Source of the DNA: Eutreptiella sp. 'Long Island Sound 2002'
Lineage: Eukaryota; Protista; Euglenida
Direction: 5' to 3'
Length of the DNA: 64,000 bases
NCBI GenBank assembly: GCA_964036045.1
Contig: OZ038378.1
Coordinates: forward strand, 178,746,001-178,810,000
Part shown: positions 25,601-37,380 of the stretch, in pieces
Layout of the letters: each line of letters opens with the position of its first letter
Numbering within the stretch: position 1 is the first letter of the stretch
The notes under the pieces: generated by a model
Told to the model about the DNA's origin: nothing
What the model saw: the letters and a program-made list of their open reading frames with translations, nothing else
The model's database searches: none
Made by a program: the position numbers and the translations under genes

Positions 25601-27420
25601 TTTTGTAGGACTAGCGGCCTGAGGTCTGCAACTCCCACACTGCCCAATGCTTTGGGGATGGGGTTGAGAATGGCCTGAGACCACTCCGGGTTCAATTCTC
25701 CTGTGTTTAAAATACGCTGATAGATGTCATGCATCAGAGGGACAAAAAACTCTCGGAAGGCTGAGTAGATGGAGGCCTGTGCTCCATCTGCACCTGGTGC
25801 AGAGTTTTTGCTGAGGCCGTCCAGTGCGGCCTCCACTAGGTCTTGCGTCGGGGAGCGTACCAGCATGCTCACCATCAGAGGCATGTTTTTGTTCGAAAAA
25901 AATTGCGATAGGTAGCGTTTGCATTCCGGGACAGGTGCACCCTCGGCTCGCATGGTTTGCTGCCAGTATTGGACTATCTCTGCGGCGAGTGCCTCTGGTT
26001 CCTGTATGATGTGTCCGAATTTGTTTCTCAAATTGTGCAACTTACGTTTGTGCTGAAAATGCTTGACAAGCCTCCAGACGTCTTGTTTCCTTCTCCGGGG
26101 ATGCAGTGTGTATGGATCGTCTAACACAGTCCTCAGCTTTTGCAGCACAATTTGTCCTGTTCTGTCTGTATTTTCTTGCTCAGCAAGTGCTGTGAGGATG
26201 GAGTAGGCGGATGACGGTGATGTAGTGCTGTAGCGTCGCGAGCGAAGCAAGTCCCAGGCACCTGGCGAGAGCTGTTGCACTGTAGAATCCATAAGGAGTG
26301 CTTGAATTTCAGAAAAACCCTGCTCTGCCCTGTGCTTTGCTTCAAAGTGGAGTGCAGAGGAGCGTATGAGGGAGAGCGCATCGGCCCAGCGTGCGTAACC
26401 TTCCGTGGGGATAGCCTCCAGTTTCACCCCAATGGCTGAAACTGTGTCGGCACGGGACAGAAACGTGGTTGGACAGCGTTTCAGCTTGTTGGTGTGACGC
26501 TTGAGAGGCGCGATGCGGGCAACAACAACCTTGTGGTCAGAGCCGCCCAAAAATGTGCAATAGTATTCAAGTAGGTTTTGAAGGTAGGAAGAAGGTAGCA
26601 AAATGCGATCAATGCGTCTCCGTCTGTCGGGCACAACGGCGCTTTCATTAGGAGAGATGTCGGGCTGTGAGGGGGCCTGAGACAGCCGTGGAAAACCCCA
26701 GGTGTAGCCTTCGAGGGGAAGGTCGTCGAGTCGACCTTCATGGAGCGCCCAATAGGCATCAATCACGTGGTGACTGCTGACAAATTCTGCCTCTGCAACA
26801 CGCGCCTTGACAGTGTCCGGGGGCTCAGACCCCAGATGTGGCGAGGCGACGTCACGAATAGGGAGCATGACGGAGTTATGGTCTGACAGAAAAATAGTGT
26901 CATCGTGCAGCCAGCCTGGCGGCAGAGCCGTCAGCTGCTCCCACTGTTGTAGGCGGATGTCTGCTTGATGATGAAAATGCGAAACCAGGAAGTTATGTAC
27001 ATTGCCATCTGGATCAGCCAGGCTTGCATGTAAAAACCGTGGATGGAAAGACCATGAGCTGATCAAGGTCCATTTTTTGTGGTATAAAAGAGCTACAGCC
27101 CCGCGGGCACGGGGGGTGTCACAGAGCTGTGAATTGCAGATGAAGCTGATGCCTTTGTCCGAAAAGCGCTGTGTTGCGGTTGCAACATCTTCTGGTGTCT
27201 GGAGATGCGGTTCTTGTATCCCCATAACCTGGATGTTGTTTCTGTGAAAGAACCTGGTGATTTCAATATGACGAGAGACCTCGGTGACGGAATCTTTAGT
27301 GAAAATACCATTGGCATTGAAAGTGCAAAATTTTGCGCCTGAAAAGGAATACGGTGGGGGGCTGTGTGCATGGGGCTTGGACAGTGGGGGGGGTGAAAGA
27401 CACGTTGAGAGCGTAGTCAT
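22622..27420 (-). CDS. LINE ORF2 (APE, RT, zinc knuckle, RNase H) with one 1-nt frameshift near 24945
   Basis: APE motifs TFNANG, IQEPH, IDRIL, SDH. RT motifs SAPGADG, QSGFIKGR, DFQKAFDSV, QGCPLSP, YADD, KYLG. Zinc knuckle CPLDGSLETVRHSLLHC. RNase H motifs FTDGS, TNNTAEL, SDSSY, VPSH..GNNEADRLA. Confidence 0.92.
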
Positions 27421-27425
27421 GGTTG

Positions 27426-29596
27426 CTAGGTGTTAGAACGTGCAGCATTGGCATAAGTGAAAGACCTGTTGTCCGAGCGGTTCTGCCGTGAGGACTGAGA
27501 ATCTTTGCGCATGCGTTGATACTCTGACATAGACACGATTGTCATTGTGATATTTTTTGATGCGTCACATAACAGTTTATTGGAAAAGTCATCAGGGAAC
27601 GCGCCCTGGATGCGCCATGCCGTACAATTAAATTTCCCCGGATTCCAGATGCTTGGGGCGACAGCTTGTGCGGGGACACCAGCGTCATTCAAGAGTTTTA
27701 GCAACTCTGCGTCATTGAAACGGATCGGTACGTTGTAAACGACCATATCCTGTGTGACGGTGGACTGCCTGGAGGAGGTGGAAGAGGTAGAGAGAGAGGA
27801 CTCCGAGTCAGAGCCGCTCAGACCGTTGAACCATTCCCCTGGTTTTTCGTTTTTCAAAAGGATGCCTGCTGCACGGAATTCGACTAGTGGGCCAGCCAGA
27901 AAGGCTGCCACGGCGTTCTCATCGCGCAGACCAAGGCGCAGTTTGTTGAAACCTGCCACCTGCAGTGGGAAAAGGGATTGATCGATAAGGTGGTCCTTAA
28001 GGACTTTGTAAACATAGGCCCAAAAGGACTTGGCATATTGCTCCTTGTGAGTTTTTTTGTAAAACAGTTCCAAAACGAGCTCACAATCCCCGTAGGGCTC
28101 TCCTTCGTAGACTGAAATGGGCATTGATGCAAAAAAGTCCAGCTTTGAAAAATCACGAATCAAATTAGCATGCTTAACCTCATCCATGTCGTAACAGAAC
28201 ACTTTGGATCTCCCTCCAGGGGAGGAGGTTGTAGGACGCACATTGACGGGACCAGGAACATTTCGACGGTTTTTTCCGGTAATTCCCAATTTCCCAAAAA
28301 TAAACGCGAGGTCATTTTCATGCACATGAATAGCCCGCGTGTTGGGCGCAGCCTCAGGGAGGGAGATGGTTTGGCGTTCCAGCGAGACTCCCCTGGTCAT
28401 GAGTCGGACAGAGTTCAGCAAGGGTTTGAGTTGTAATGATACAGACTTTTGTGTAACACTGGCAATGGCATAAAGTCTTTCTGTACCGCTGGCAGAGACA
28501 GCCGCACGAGAGAGGCGGTTGATGGAGGCGAAAGATAGGGGTAGTCGTTCATGCACTTTTTCGGACCATTGCTGGAAAGAAAAAGATTGATTTGGAAGTT
28601 CGATGAGAAAGTCAATTTGCTTCAGGGGGCCATATGAGTGAAGTTTGGAAGAGAAAATTTTAGAGAACTGTGATATCTCCGAGTCTTTAAGCGAGATGAG
28701 CAGATTCAGTTCGTTGCTAGGCAGAACAGATGGAAGCAAATCAGCCGGTATCTGATCAAGACCTTTCCAGGACTGAGGCTTACCTTCAGTGGTGAACCTT
28801 ACGGAGGACTGTAACACTGTGGGACGTGTCTGGTCCCAGCCAAAGTGTAGCATGAGCTGCGTTTGTTCATCCGTGTGCAGTGGATCTTCCTCATCCGGTT
28901 TTAGAGCGTCGGCCTGGGCCTTGCGCATTTTCTCCACTGTGTTCACGTTGTCCTGGCTCAGGCCTCCAGCCGCCTCCGTGATAGAATGTAGCAGATTTTG
29001 GGTAGACTCAGCGGAATCATCCACTGCAGTTTTAGAGCGCTTCGAGTCCCGCGTGGGGGTGTACACAATCTTGCCGATGTGCGCATTGAGCTGTTTCCTC
29101 TGGTCGCGTAAGATACGTTGTTGATTTTGTATGACGTCCTTCTGAAGCTCAAGGTATTCGACAATAGAAGTTTCGTTAGAGTTGATGAGCTGCACCAGAC
29201 TGTTTTCCGAGGTGGCAACCTGTGTCGTAAGCGTGTCCCATTGCGACTTAATTGATCTTTGGCCTTTTGCGATGCGTTGTGACTGATGGCGGTGTACTGC
29301 TGTTCAACTTCTTGTAGTTGAGAAATTAGCTCGAATAGTTGGCCACAGGCAACACCAAGTGGAGAATCTTTCTCATAGTCAAATTGTTTAGCGATCATGC
29401 GCAAAGCCAGCAGCGAGTCCGCACGAGTGCTTAGCAATGTTGATCTCGATTGTTGATTGTCAGGAACGTCAGGCAAGCCTTCAAGCTGTTTGTCCAGATC
29501 AGCGATGTGCGCACACAGTTCAACGACATTGTGCTCAGCAGAGAGTTGGAGTCCCCTGTCGACAGGGTCGTCGACTTGCATCTCAGCGTTGGACAT
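27426..29596 (-). CDS. LINE ORF1 (~720 aa; coiled-coil N-terminus, possible RRM-like C-terminus), 1-nt frameshift near 29250
   Basis: ORF-track pieces 28958-29596 and 27426-29195 join if one A is restored (DQL-K-SQWDTL). The ORF ends 5 nt before the ORF2 ATG. Confidence 0.75.
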
Positions 29597-29953
29597 TTAT
29601 TGAGAGAGGGCGGAATTGAGCCTCAATTCTTGGAGTATGATGAAGGTCTCCTCTGGGGTGTGCCAGGTGGATATTCTCCAAATCCAAAAGTAGTCGAAGG
29701 GCAGCAGAAGTTTGTAGATGGTGTATTTCAGCAAATAGTTCGCCCGTGTCGTTGTCGGGTGGAGGTAGTCAGCAACCAGGTACACCGGCTTGTAAGTCTT
29801 AACGATATCCGGGTCCAGGAAGTGCAGGAGGTGGCCTCCGATGCGGTGTGCTGCGATCTCGTGCGGCGACTGGTCTAGGACGGAAGTGGACGAGGCAGTT
29901 GCCTCGTTGCTGCTGTGTTCAGTGAGCTCAGCAGGCAGTTTGCTTTGTGACAT
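29597..29953 (-). CDS. LINE upstream ORF0, 118 aa, unknown function
   Basis: First ATG, 47 nt after the SL copy. Its TAA directly abuts the ORF1 ATG (TAAATG). It contains an aromatic/hydrophobic stretch YLLKYTIYKLLLPFDYFWIWRI. Confidence 0.65.
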   Translation of the reverse strand: MSQSKLPAELTEHSSNEATASSTSVLDQSPHEIAAHRIGGHLLHFLDPDIVKTYKPVYLVADYLHPTTTRANYLLKYTIYKLLLPFDYFWIWRISTWHTPEETFIILQELRLNSALSQ

Positions 29954-30000
29954 AATTCAATAGGCCACTGTGGCCCTTGACATTGTGCAAAGAATGTCAC

Positions 30001-30027
30001 CGAAAAAAATTGACACTCAGAAAGTGA
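30001..30027 (-). other. Spliced-leader copy at the LINE 5' end
   Basis: TCACTTTCTGAGTGTCAATTTTTTTCG versus the recalled euglenid SL ACACTTTCTGAGTGTCTATTTTTTTTCG. Confidence 0.9.
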
Positions 30028-30460
30028 ATGCTATCGGGGGGGGGGGGGGTAAAGGAAGGTGTGTGTGTGTGATATTATACTAGTTGGCCGAAGCAACTCG
30101 GGAGGCCCTTAAGGCTATAGCCTCCCTCACCGCGCCATTGTGTGGGCCTTCCAGCCCTAACGCGCATGCTGCAGCAAGGGAAGGAGAAGGAGAGGGCACC
30201 CTAATTCTTGCGCCCAGGCGTGCATCGCTTTTTAGCACTGAACATGGCAGTTGTAGTGGGCCGCTTTGTGCCCTTGGCCTTCACCGCCTTCTTTTTGGGG
30301 CGAACTTCCACCCCTAAAGAAGAGGAAGAAGAGGAGGCTGACGAGGAAGAAGAAGAGGTATTAGCATCTTTGGAAGGTGCCGAGGTCTCACTACCACTAG
30401 ACGAATCAGAATTGGCCGCAGAGCTTGCTTCCTCCTCTGGCTTCCATCCTAAATCCTAAA

Positions 30461-33400
30461 TTTTTTTTTGACTGACTCCAGAAGTTCAAAGAGTACTCAA
30501 GACTGTGCTTGGGAAAGTGGGCGTCTCCAGCATATGATACAGTGGATCCCCGCAAAGCGGGGCACATGGCAAAGACCCAGAGTTCACATGCGTATAACAG
30601 AGGGCTGTCTGATGCGGTAGGCAAAACCGCCACGCCATATGGCAAGCCTATAATGTGTAAGATTTAAGGGGGTTAAACATGCTGCATCACGTGTGTGCCA
30701 TTCCCCACAGGTCTTCGAGAGTGACAAGCTTTCGTCGCTTTGTAGGTGCCATGTCCGGTGGCGGGCGTTGGCCCAGGATGCCGGGACTTGTGCGGCAGTG
30801 GCGTTTAGGCAGAGGGGGCTCCACCCAGTGGGCCGCGCGCTCGGATGCCCACAACTGGCTCATCACCGAAAAGAGCTGGACCTTTCGGTCATGCCGCTGT
30901 TAGTGCTGGTCTGCGGAGGTGGTCCACACTGTAGCACGTCGCAGAAGGGTGTGCCAGTGCCGTGATTGCCGCACTAGATCATCTAGCACTTCGCGGTATG
31001 AAACCATTAGTGAGGCCCCGAGAACGGCACGTTGATGCAGAAACCAAGGCTGGGCCAGATACTGCATTGCCGAAGCTACGTGCCGTGCCCCTGGGTCCGC
31101 GGCTGTGGGACAAAGGCACCGGTCGACATATTTTACCGCCCATGACCTGGTGTGGTACGATTGCGGCCGGTCCCATGTGCGCGCAGCTCTATGGTGGGAC
31201 GTCTCTTGGGAGGCGCGGTCGTCCTGCCGCCGTGTTCTCTCCCGGGGCCCTGTATACCCTACTTGATTGCAGACGATAGAGTCCGTGGGGTTTGGTCGTA
31301 CAGCTCGTGGGCGCAGCTTTGTGTACCATGCCGGCACCGCTGTGGAGGGCGTGGGCGGCACCTGTGGGTCACGGGGGGGGCATGGTGAGTTGGCCGCGCA
31401 GTTGGCATACACCATGTAGGGCGTGGTACTGGTGCGAGGCCACACGCTCCCTGAGGTCTACCCGCATTGTTCGGGGGATGTGGTCCCATAGGGACTGTGG
31501 TATGAAGGCAGGAAACATGGTGTAGGTCTGCCGCTGACGCCCTGTTGCACCATTCCGTAACCGTATCTTGCCATGGTCCCCAGGTGCTAAGCCACATGTT
31601 GCGAAATGCGACTTTCCAACGCATGCAGTGGATGAGTTGTTTGTGGACAGTGGTACCGTGGTGGAGGGGACATATGGGGCATTTGGGGTTGGTATGGTCC
31701 CACGGCGCGCCCGTCCCATCCCATCGTACCTGGCCCCAAAGCCATTTAACCCAGAGCATACGTCGATCCCCGCGCATCGGCAGCCAGGATACCCAGTGCG
31801 CACCGTCAAAAGTGACAACGCGCCTCCGTTGGAGGATCCATTTCCGCGCCGGAGTGGGGGCGGGCCCGCCGCACATTGCAATATCTTCAGGGCGCCGGGG
31901 GTCGTAATCCGGCACGGGTAGGCGCGTGGCCATCTTGGCGAGCAGGTCTACTTCCCCATTGCGTCGAATTTGTTCGCGTTCTTGCGCGTTACGGGCCTCC
32001 GTCTCAAGGCGGTGGCTAGGGATCCACTCCGCGGCGACGCGTTTGTGCTGCACCTGGTCGCACACTTTGTGGCGGATGTCAGCGTCAGAACATTCGTGCG
32101 TGGGTCGGCGGTGTGCGCATTTTGTGACGGCCATGTTGTCGATGTATTGAGTGTCACCGTCAGATGCAATGGCCGCGCCGATGGCTGCTCCGTACATTTC
32201 AGCCCTGTAGGACTTTTGTGGGCCCGCCACCCGGGCGAGGATGCGAAGAGGCCCTTTTGTTACTGCTGCGCCCACCGCTTGGTATTCCGAGCCCGCAATC
32301 TGGACGGTTTGAAGGCTGCCATCGGAGTATAGGGACGTTCCGGTTGGCGGTTGCTGGTTTGAGTAGCACGGTACGCCCGCGACGTTGACAGGGTGGTATC
32401 CCGCAAGCACCGTGCCCGCTGAGGGGTCTTCGTGGTACCGGTGTGGGGCAATGTAGTGGCGCGTGTGGAGGGCATCCCCCACCTGCTCTTTGCGGGCAGA
32501 CAGGAGGACGCCGTCATCGGAGCTTTCACTGTCGATAAGGTTGGGTCCCCCGGCCGGCCGCGGCGGAAGTGCTATGTGGAGTGCAGTGCGAGCACCTAGC
32601 TGGGTGAGTATAGCCAAGTAGTTGTGAATAGGCACTGCTCGCGAGGGCAAATCTTTGCTAAGGTCGCAGCCAATGGATCCCGGACGTGAACGTAACGTGT
32701 TCTGTACCATTGTGGTGAAGCGTGCCCTGTGGGCCCAGAACAGTTGGTGCAACCCCATTCCGCCCAGTCGGTGAGGAGAAGTGACATGGAGGACGTTGTA
32801 TGATTTGTGAACGTCGACCTTATTGAGTTCCATGCCCTCCGCCATAAGCACAAACCGCAAGCACATGGAGTCCATGGCTTTGAACATTGAGTCGTTGGGG
32901 AGAAACAAGGTGCGGTACGTCCACCGTGGGATCACGATGGTGTTCAGCAGCTGCACCCGCTCGAAAGCGTTCAGTGGCAGGTATTGGTATCGCGCCAGAT
33001 CAGCTGCGGCCGTCCCCACGAAGTCATCACGTGCCTTTTGTTCCCAGGTCGGATGTGCCAGGAGGTGACCGAGGTAGTGGAAGATAGGGGGTCGCAGCGG
33101 CAATCGCGCCTCGCCCCACGTGATGGTGTCCCTGGTCGGGGACTCTCGTCGTGCCACACCCTGACGGCGGGAGGGTGGGGCCCAACGGTACACCTGTGTC
33201 TTTGAAGGGTTCGTCTTGAGGCCCAATATGGCAGACAACTGACTGACGCGCTCCAGGACGTGCTGCATCTCCCGTTGGCTCGGGGAGATGATGGCGATGT
33301 CATCGACATAGGCCAGTATGGTGCTATTGGGAAATTCCCTAGTGAGAGTCTGGTGGAAGGCCTCATACACAAGAACAAAAAGGGCTGGGGACAGGGGGCA

Positions 33401-33981
33401 CCCCTCCTTGATGCCACGGCGCAACGGGAAACGAACGTCTCCGTACACCCCCGTGCTGTGCGCGTAGATGCTAGCCACCATGTTGTAGATGCGGGCCGGG
33501 GTTCCAATCAACTGGAGTCCGTAGGTGAGGCACTCATGGGGCATGCTGGGGTAGGCTTTTGCAATGTCCAGGAGGCATACCAGCGCTCCGTCCCCGTATT
33601 GGTGTAAAAGCATCGACATGCGGAGGGCTTGTTGTGATGTGGTATAGCCTCGTCTACATCCTGCTTGGGGGTCGGAGAGCGCCGCATCGATGGGCCCTCG
33701 CAGGGTGTCCAATATGAGCCGGGCTAGAATGGAGTACATCCCAGTGGCTACGCTAATGGGCCGGTAACTGCGGGCCGCCTCAAGGGGGCCAGACTTGTAG
33801 ATCATGGCTATTCTGGCCTGCAGCCAGTGGTGCGGCACATCGCCGCTTTCCCACACATGGCGCACTGCCATTTATAGGTCCCACTGTAGTTCCCTAGGTA
33901 ACCACTGGTACAGGTGGGGCGCCACGTGGTCCATGCCTGCCGCCTTGTTCTTGGGTTGGCGTAGCGCTTTTGTGAAAGATT
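30461..33981 (-). mobile_element. 5'-truncated non-LTR retrotransposon (RT-RNase H-zinc knuckle) with poly(A) tail
   Basis: A 22-bp TSD with one mismatch, GCTTCCATCCTAAAT(C/G)CTAAAT, lies at 30440-30461 and 33982-34003. T9 at 30461-30469 is the A-tail. Confidence 0.9.
31259..33981 (-). pseudogene. Truncated LINE pol (RT + RNase H) with a stop and frameshifts
   Basis: Motifs KAAGMD, YRPIS, QAGCRRG, DIAKAYPSM, EGCPLSP, YVDD, FHYLG, YSDGS, SYRAE, IDN, WIPSH and CPICPLHHGTTVHKQLIHC. A TAA stop precedes 33871. Confidence 0.9.
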
Positions 33982-34168
33982 GCTTCCATCCTAAATGCTA
34001 AATCCATCGCTCTGCGGCGAGTGCATTTCTTGTGGTTTAGGTTTGGGCACACACAGGTTTGGATTTGGGCACCATTCGCTGCTTGGATTTTCCAAAGGGG
34101 AGCCGCCCCTCAAACCACTTGCCTAAAAGAAGAAACGAAACAAAACTCGGCGCAACGGAATTGCTACG

Positions 34169-34724
34169 AAAGCGTGGATTGCGAGTCCCTAACCCCAAGT
34201 CAAGGGGCCATGCAACAAAGCGTGGATTGTGAGTCCCTAACCCCAACTCAAGGGGCCACGCAACAAAGCGTGGATTGTGAGTCCCTAACCCCAAGTCAAG
34301 AGGCCACGGCACAAAGCGTGGATTGCGAGTCCCTAACCCCAACTCAAGGGACCACGCAACAAAGCGTGGATTGTGAGTCCCTAACCCCAACTCAAGGGGC
34401 CACGCAACAAAGCGTGGATTGTGAGTCCCTAACCCCAAGTCAAGAGGCCACGGCACAAAGCGTGGATTGCGAGTCCCTAACCCCAACTCAAGGGACCACG
34501 CAACAAAGCGTGGATTGAGAGTCCCTAACCCCAACTCGTGGGGCCACACAACAAAGCATGGATTGCGAGTCCCTAACCCCAACTCAAGGGACCACGCAAC
34601 AAAGCGTGGATTGTGAGTCCCTAACCCCAACTCAAGGGGCCACGCAACAAAGCGTGGATTGCGAGTCCCTAACCCCAACTCAAGGGGCCACGCAACAAAG
34701 CGTGGATTGCGAGTCCCTAACCCC
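34169..34724. repeat. 48-bp minisatellite, ~11.6 copies
   Basis: Unit AAAGCGTGGATTG(C/T)GAGTCCCTAACCCCAACTCAAGGGGCCACGCAAC, with a duplicated three-unit (144-bp) block. Confidence 0.95.
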
Positions 34725-35245
34725 ATTGGCTGCCTCGGCCCTGCCTTCTTGGGGGCCCAAAAGTGGTTAGAAGTGCTACGTCACCCCTGCATTCTCGGGG
34801 GTCCCCAACAAAGGGGAGCAAAATCAGAATTGGCTGCCTCAGCCCTGCCTTCTCGGGGGCCCAAAAGTGGGCAGAAGTGCTACGTCACCCCTGCATTCTT
34901 GGGGGTCCCCAACAAAGGGGAGCAAAATCAGAATTGGCTGCCTCAGCCCTACCTTCGCGGGGGCCCAAAAGAGGGCGGAAGTGCTACGTCACACGTGCAT
35001 TCTCGGGGGTCCCCAACAAAGGGGAGCAAAATCAGAATTGGCTGCCTCAGCCCTGCCTTCGCGGGGGCCCAAAAGTGGGCGGAAGTGCTACGTCACCCCT
35101 GCATTCTCGGGGGTCCCCAACAAAGGGGACAAAATCAGAAGTGGCTACCTCACCCCTGCCTTCTCAGGGGCCCACAAGTGGGCGGAAGTGCTACGTAACC
35201 CTTGCAATCTTAGGGGTCCCCAGCAAAGGGGACTAAATCAAAAGT
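34725..35245. repeat. 104-bp satellite, ~5 copies
   Basis: ATTGGCTGCCTC recurs at 34725, 34829 and onward. The unit shares GGGGGTCCCCAAC and CAAAATCAG with the 84-bp satellite. Confidence 0.9.
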
Positions 35246-36273
35246 GGCTGCATTGGGGGCAAGGACAAAACTGTGGATATGCAGCCCAAAATGACACCAC
35301 CAAAAAAATTTCCCACGAATGGTGTGCTTGCATCGAAAAACCCCCTTAAGACCCCCCAACAAACCATTTTGAAAAGGGGGGGGGTCCGAAACCCCTCACG
35401 GTATCGGATTTCTAAGAACCCCCCCCCCCCCGGGAACCCATACAATTCATCTGCTGCACTCTCCTCTCCCCCACCGTCTCCATCACTCGTCCCATCACTC
35501 ATCATCTCACATGAAAACTGCGATGCCCGCCCCTTTTCCCGCAACTGTGACACACTTGGCCGCTTGCACTTGCGTGCGTCACTGACTTCTGTGCTACAGT
35601 CAGACCAATCAGTCCCTCCCCCAAGTCAGACCCCTGCGATACCCGTCGCTGGATCGGTCTGGATTCTGCCCCCCCCCCCCCCCCCCCACACCTCGCGACA
35701 ATTCGTCGCTCCTCACTTCTGAGCTGCTCATTTCCACTGGGCCCAGGGACAACCAGATCGGTCCCAGACCCGGGCTGAGCCGCAGGGATGGGTCCCCCTC
35801 CCCACGCTCCCCCGGCACCAGGCACCTTTCCACCATCCCCTCCCCCACCATCGTCTGTTCATCCTGCACCCCCAAAGCATATCACTTGCCCCATTAAACG
35901 GCAACGCAACTGCTGCATGCGGTTTTGCATACATCAGCAGATGTTTCTGGACCATGTACAGGCCTTCACCTGTTGCGTCAGGCTGGATTCCTCCGTGCTG
36001 CTGATCGTGTTTGATGGTCAAGCAGAAGAGCGGCAGGCACCTGGCGTGTCGCATTATTACAAAAGTTACAATCGCAAATCAGCAGCCTTTAATTTGAGTG
36101 TCTTTGCGAACGGGCAGCGGGTCGCCGACTGACAGTCGTTCTCGGCAATAAATGTTTGTGTTTCATTGGCAGCTTGCAAAAAAAGGCAGCGAGTTCCCGT
36201 AGTGTGATCACAGACATGGGACAGTGGGACAGGAAATCGCCATCCGCTTGAGGGTGTTTCAGATGAATCAGCA

Positions 36274-37374
36274 TCACCCGCAAGGACATGGGTCGGTCAT
36301 AACGACCGTCACAATTGCGCGGCATATCACCTTTCCCTTTTTGTTGCGGACGTTTGCGCGTACCACGGCCATATTTGCAACCGATTTCGAAATCATCTTG
36401 CACTCCACCCCAACCTGCTGTCCAGGTGAAGCTGGGGTCATATAATGTACGTCAACTTGGTGGATTCTGTCTGGCTGTTTGTCGTGCAGCATCTCATCGT
36501 GGGTTACAGCAGCAAGAGCTGCAGTGCATATGACAGACCCCAAAGCGCCTCCGTGGACTGCACCGAGAATATTGACGTGCTGATAGTCAAACGTGTGGTG
36601 CAGCGTGAAAAAGTCGGGAGGGCTGCTATCCGTCAGTTGCAGGGCTGGCATCCATTTATCATACCCGACCAATGCCACATCCGCCAAACCAATCTGCCTC
36701 AAATATTCACTGGGATCTTTGCAAACCTTATCCAGGGCCGCGGGCTGTGGGGCCGCCTCCTGTGCCTTCTCCTTGGCTTCCACTCTCTTTGCAAGCCATC
36801 CCAGCAATCCCACCAACACCTTCGTGCCAGGCCCAGGAAAGCGGTTGATCAACCCCCAACCAATCGTTCCGACAAGGCCCAGGCCCACGAACTTCATATG
36901 CGTGCCATGCGCCACCAGAGCGCTCGACTTGGGCCCCATGAGGTAGAAATTGGCTTCGGTCACAGCCAGAGTGCGCCCAGTCTTCACCACTTTCGCTTCA
37001 ATCTCAACTGTACTGCCCAACGGCACTGGGGCGAACTGAGACAATGATAACGACACGCTCACCCCTCCGTAACTGCCTGCAGCAGCCAAAGCCAATGTCG
37101 TAAGCTGATCCAGTAATGTTATGCTTGCTCCACTGTGCAAGTACTGGTAGCAGTCCAGAAGGCTCTCGGTGATCTTCACAGAGAACCGCACAACCCCGCT
37201 CTCACTGACCTCCATGGGCGGGACATCGGGCGACGTCTTATCCCAACCAACCCGAAACATGGACGTTCGAACCCGGGCCATTGCGACCTCAGGCCTCAGG
37301 CGTACAACACCCGCTGACTGAAGCCAGCGGTACACCGCAAAGCAGACAAACAGGGCAATGACGAACGCCCACAT
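36274..37374 (-). CDS. Intronless double hot-dog acyl-CoA thioesterase (PaaI/ACOT13-like) with N-terminal hydrophobic anchor, 366 aa; probable retrogene
   Basis: Two hot-dog motifs, YQYLHSGASITLLDQLT and LGAVHGGALGSVICTA, plus VVKTGRTLAVTEA. An SL copy ends 6 nt upstream of the ATG. Confidence 0.85.
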   Translation of the reverse strand: MWAFVIALFVCFAVYRWLQSAGVVRLRPEVAMARVRTSMFRVGWDKTSPDVPPMEVSESGVVRFSVKITESLLDCYQYLHSGASITLLDQLTTLALAAAGSYGGVSVSLSLSQFAPVPLGSTVEIEAKVVKTGRTLAVTEANFYLMGPKSSALVAHGTHMKFVGLGLVGTIGWGLINRFPGPGTKVLVGLLGWLAKRVEAKEKAQEAAPQPAALDKVCKDPSEYLRQIGLADVALVGYDKWMPALQLTDSSPPDFFTLHHTFDYQHVNILGAVHGGALGSVICTAALAAVTHDEMLHDKQPDRIHQVDVHYMTPASPGQQVGVECKMISKSVANMAVVRANVRNKKGKVICRAIVTVVMTDPCPCG

Positions 37375-37380
37375 TGATGC

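Larger units (their letters stand above)
22046..30027 (-). mobile_element. Full-length ~8-kb non-LTR retrotransposon (APE-RT-zinc knuckle-RNase H) with a 5' spliced leader
   Basis: A 13-bp TSD ATGCTATCGGGGG lies at 22033-22045 and 30028-30040. The element has an SL at its 5' end and three ORFs, and no poly(A) is visible. Confidence 0.85.

Noticed and set aside
36092-36108. SL-like TGAGTGTCT (plus strand)
   Set aside because: Only 9 nt match, there is no T-tract, and no ORF follows.
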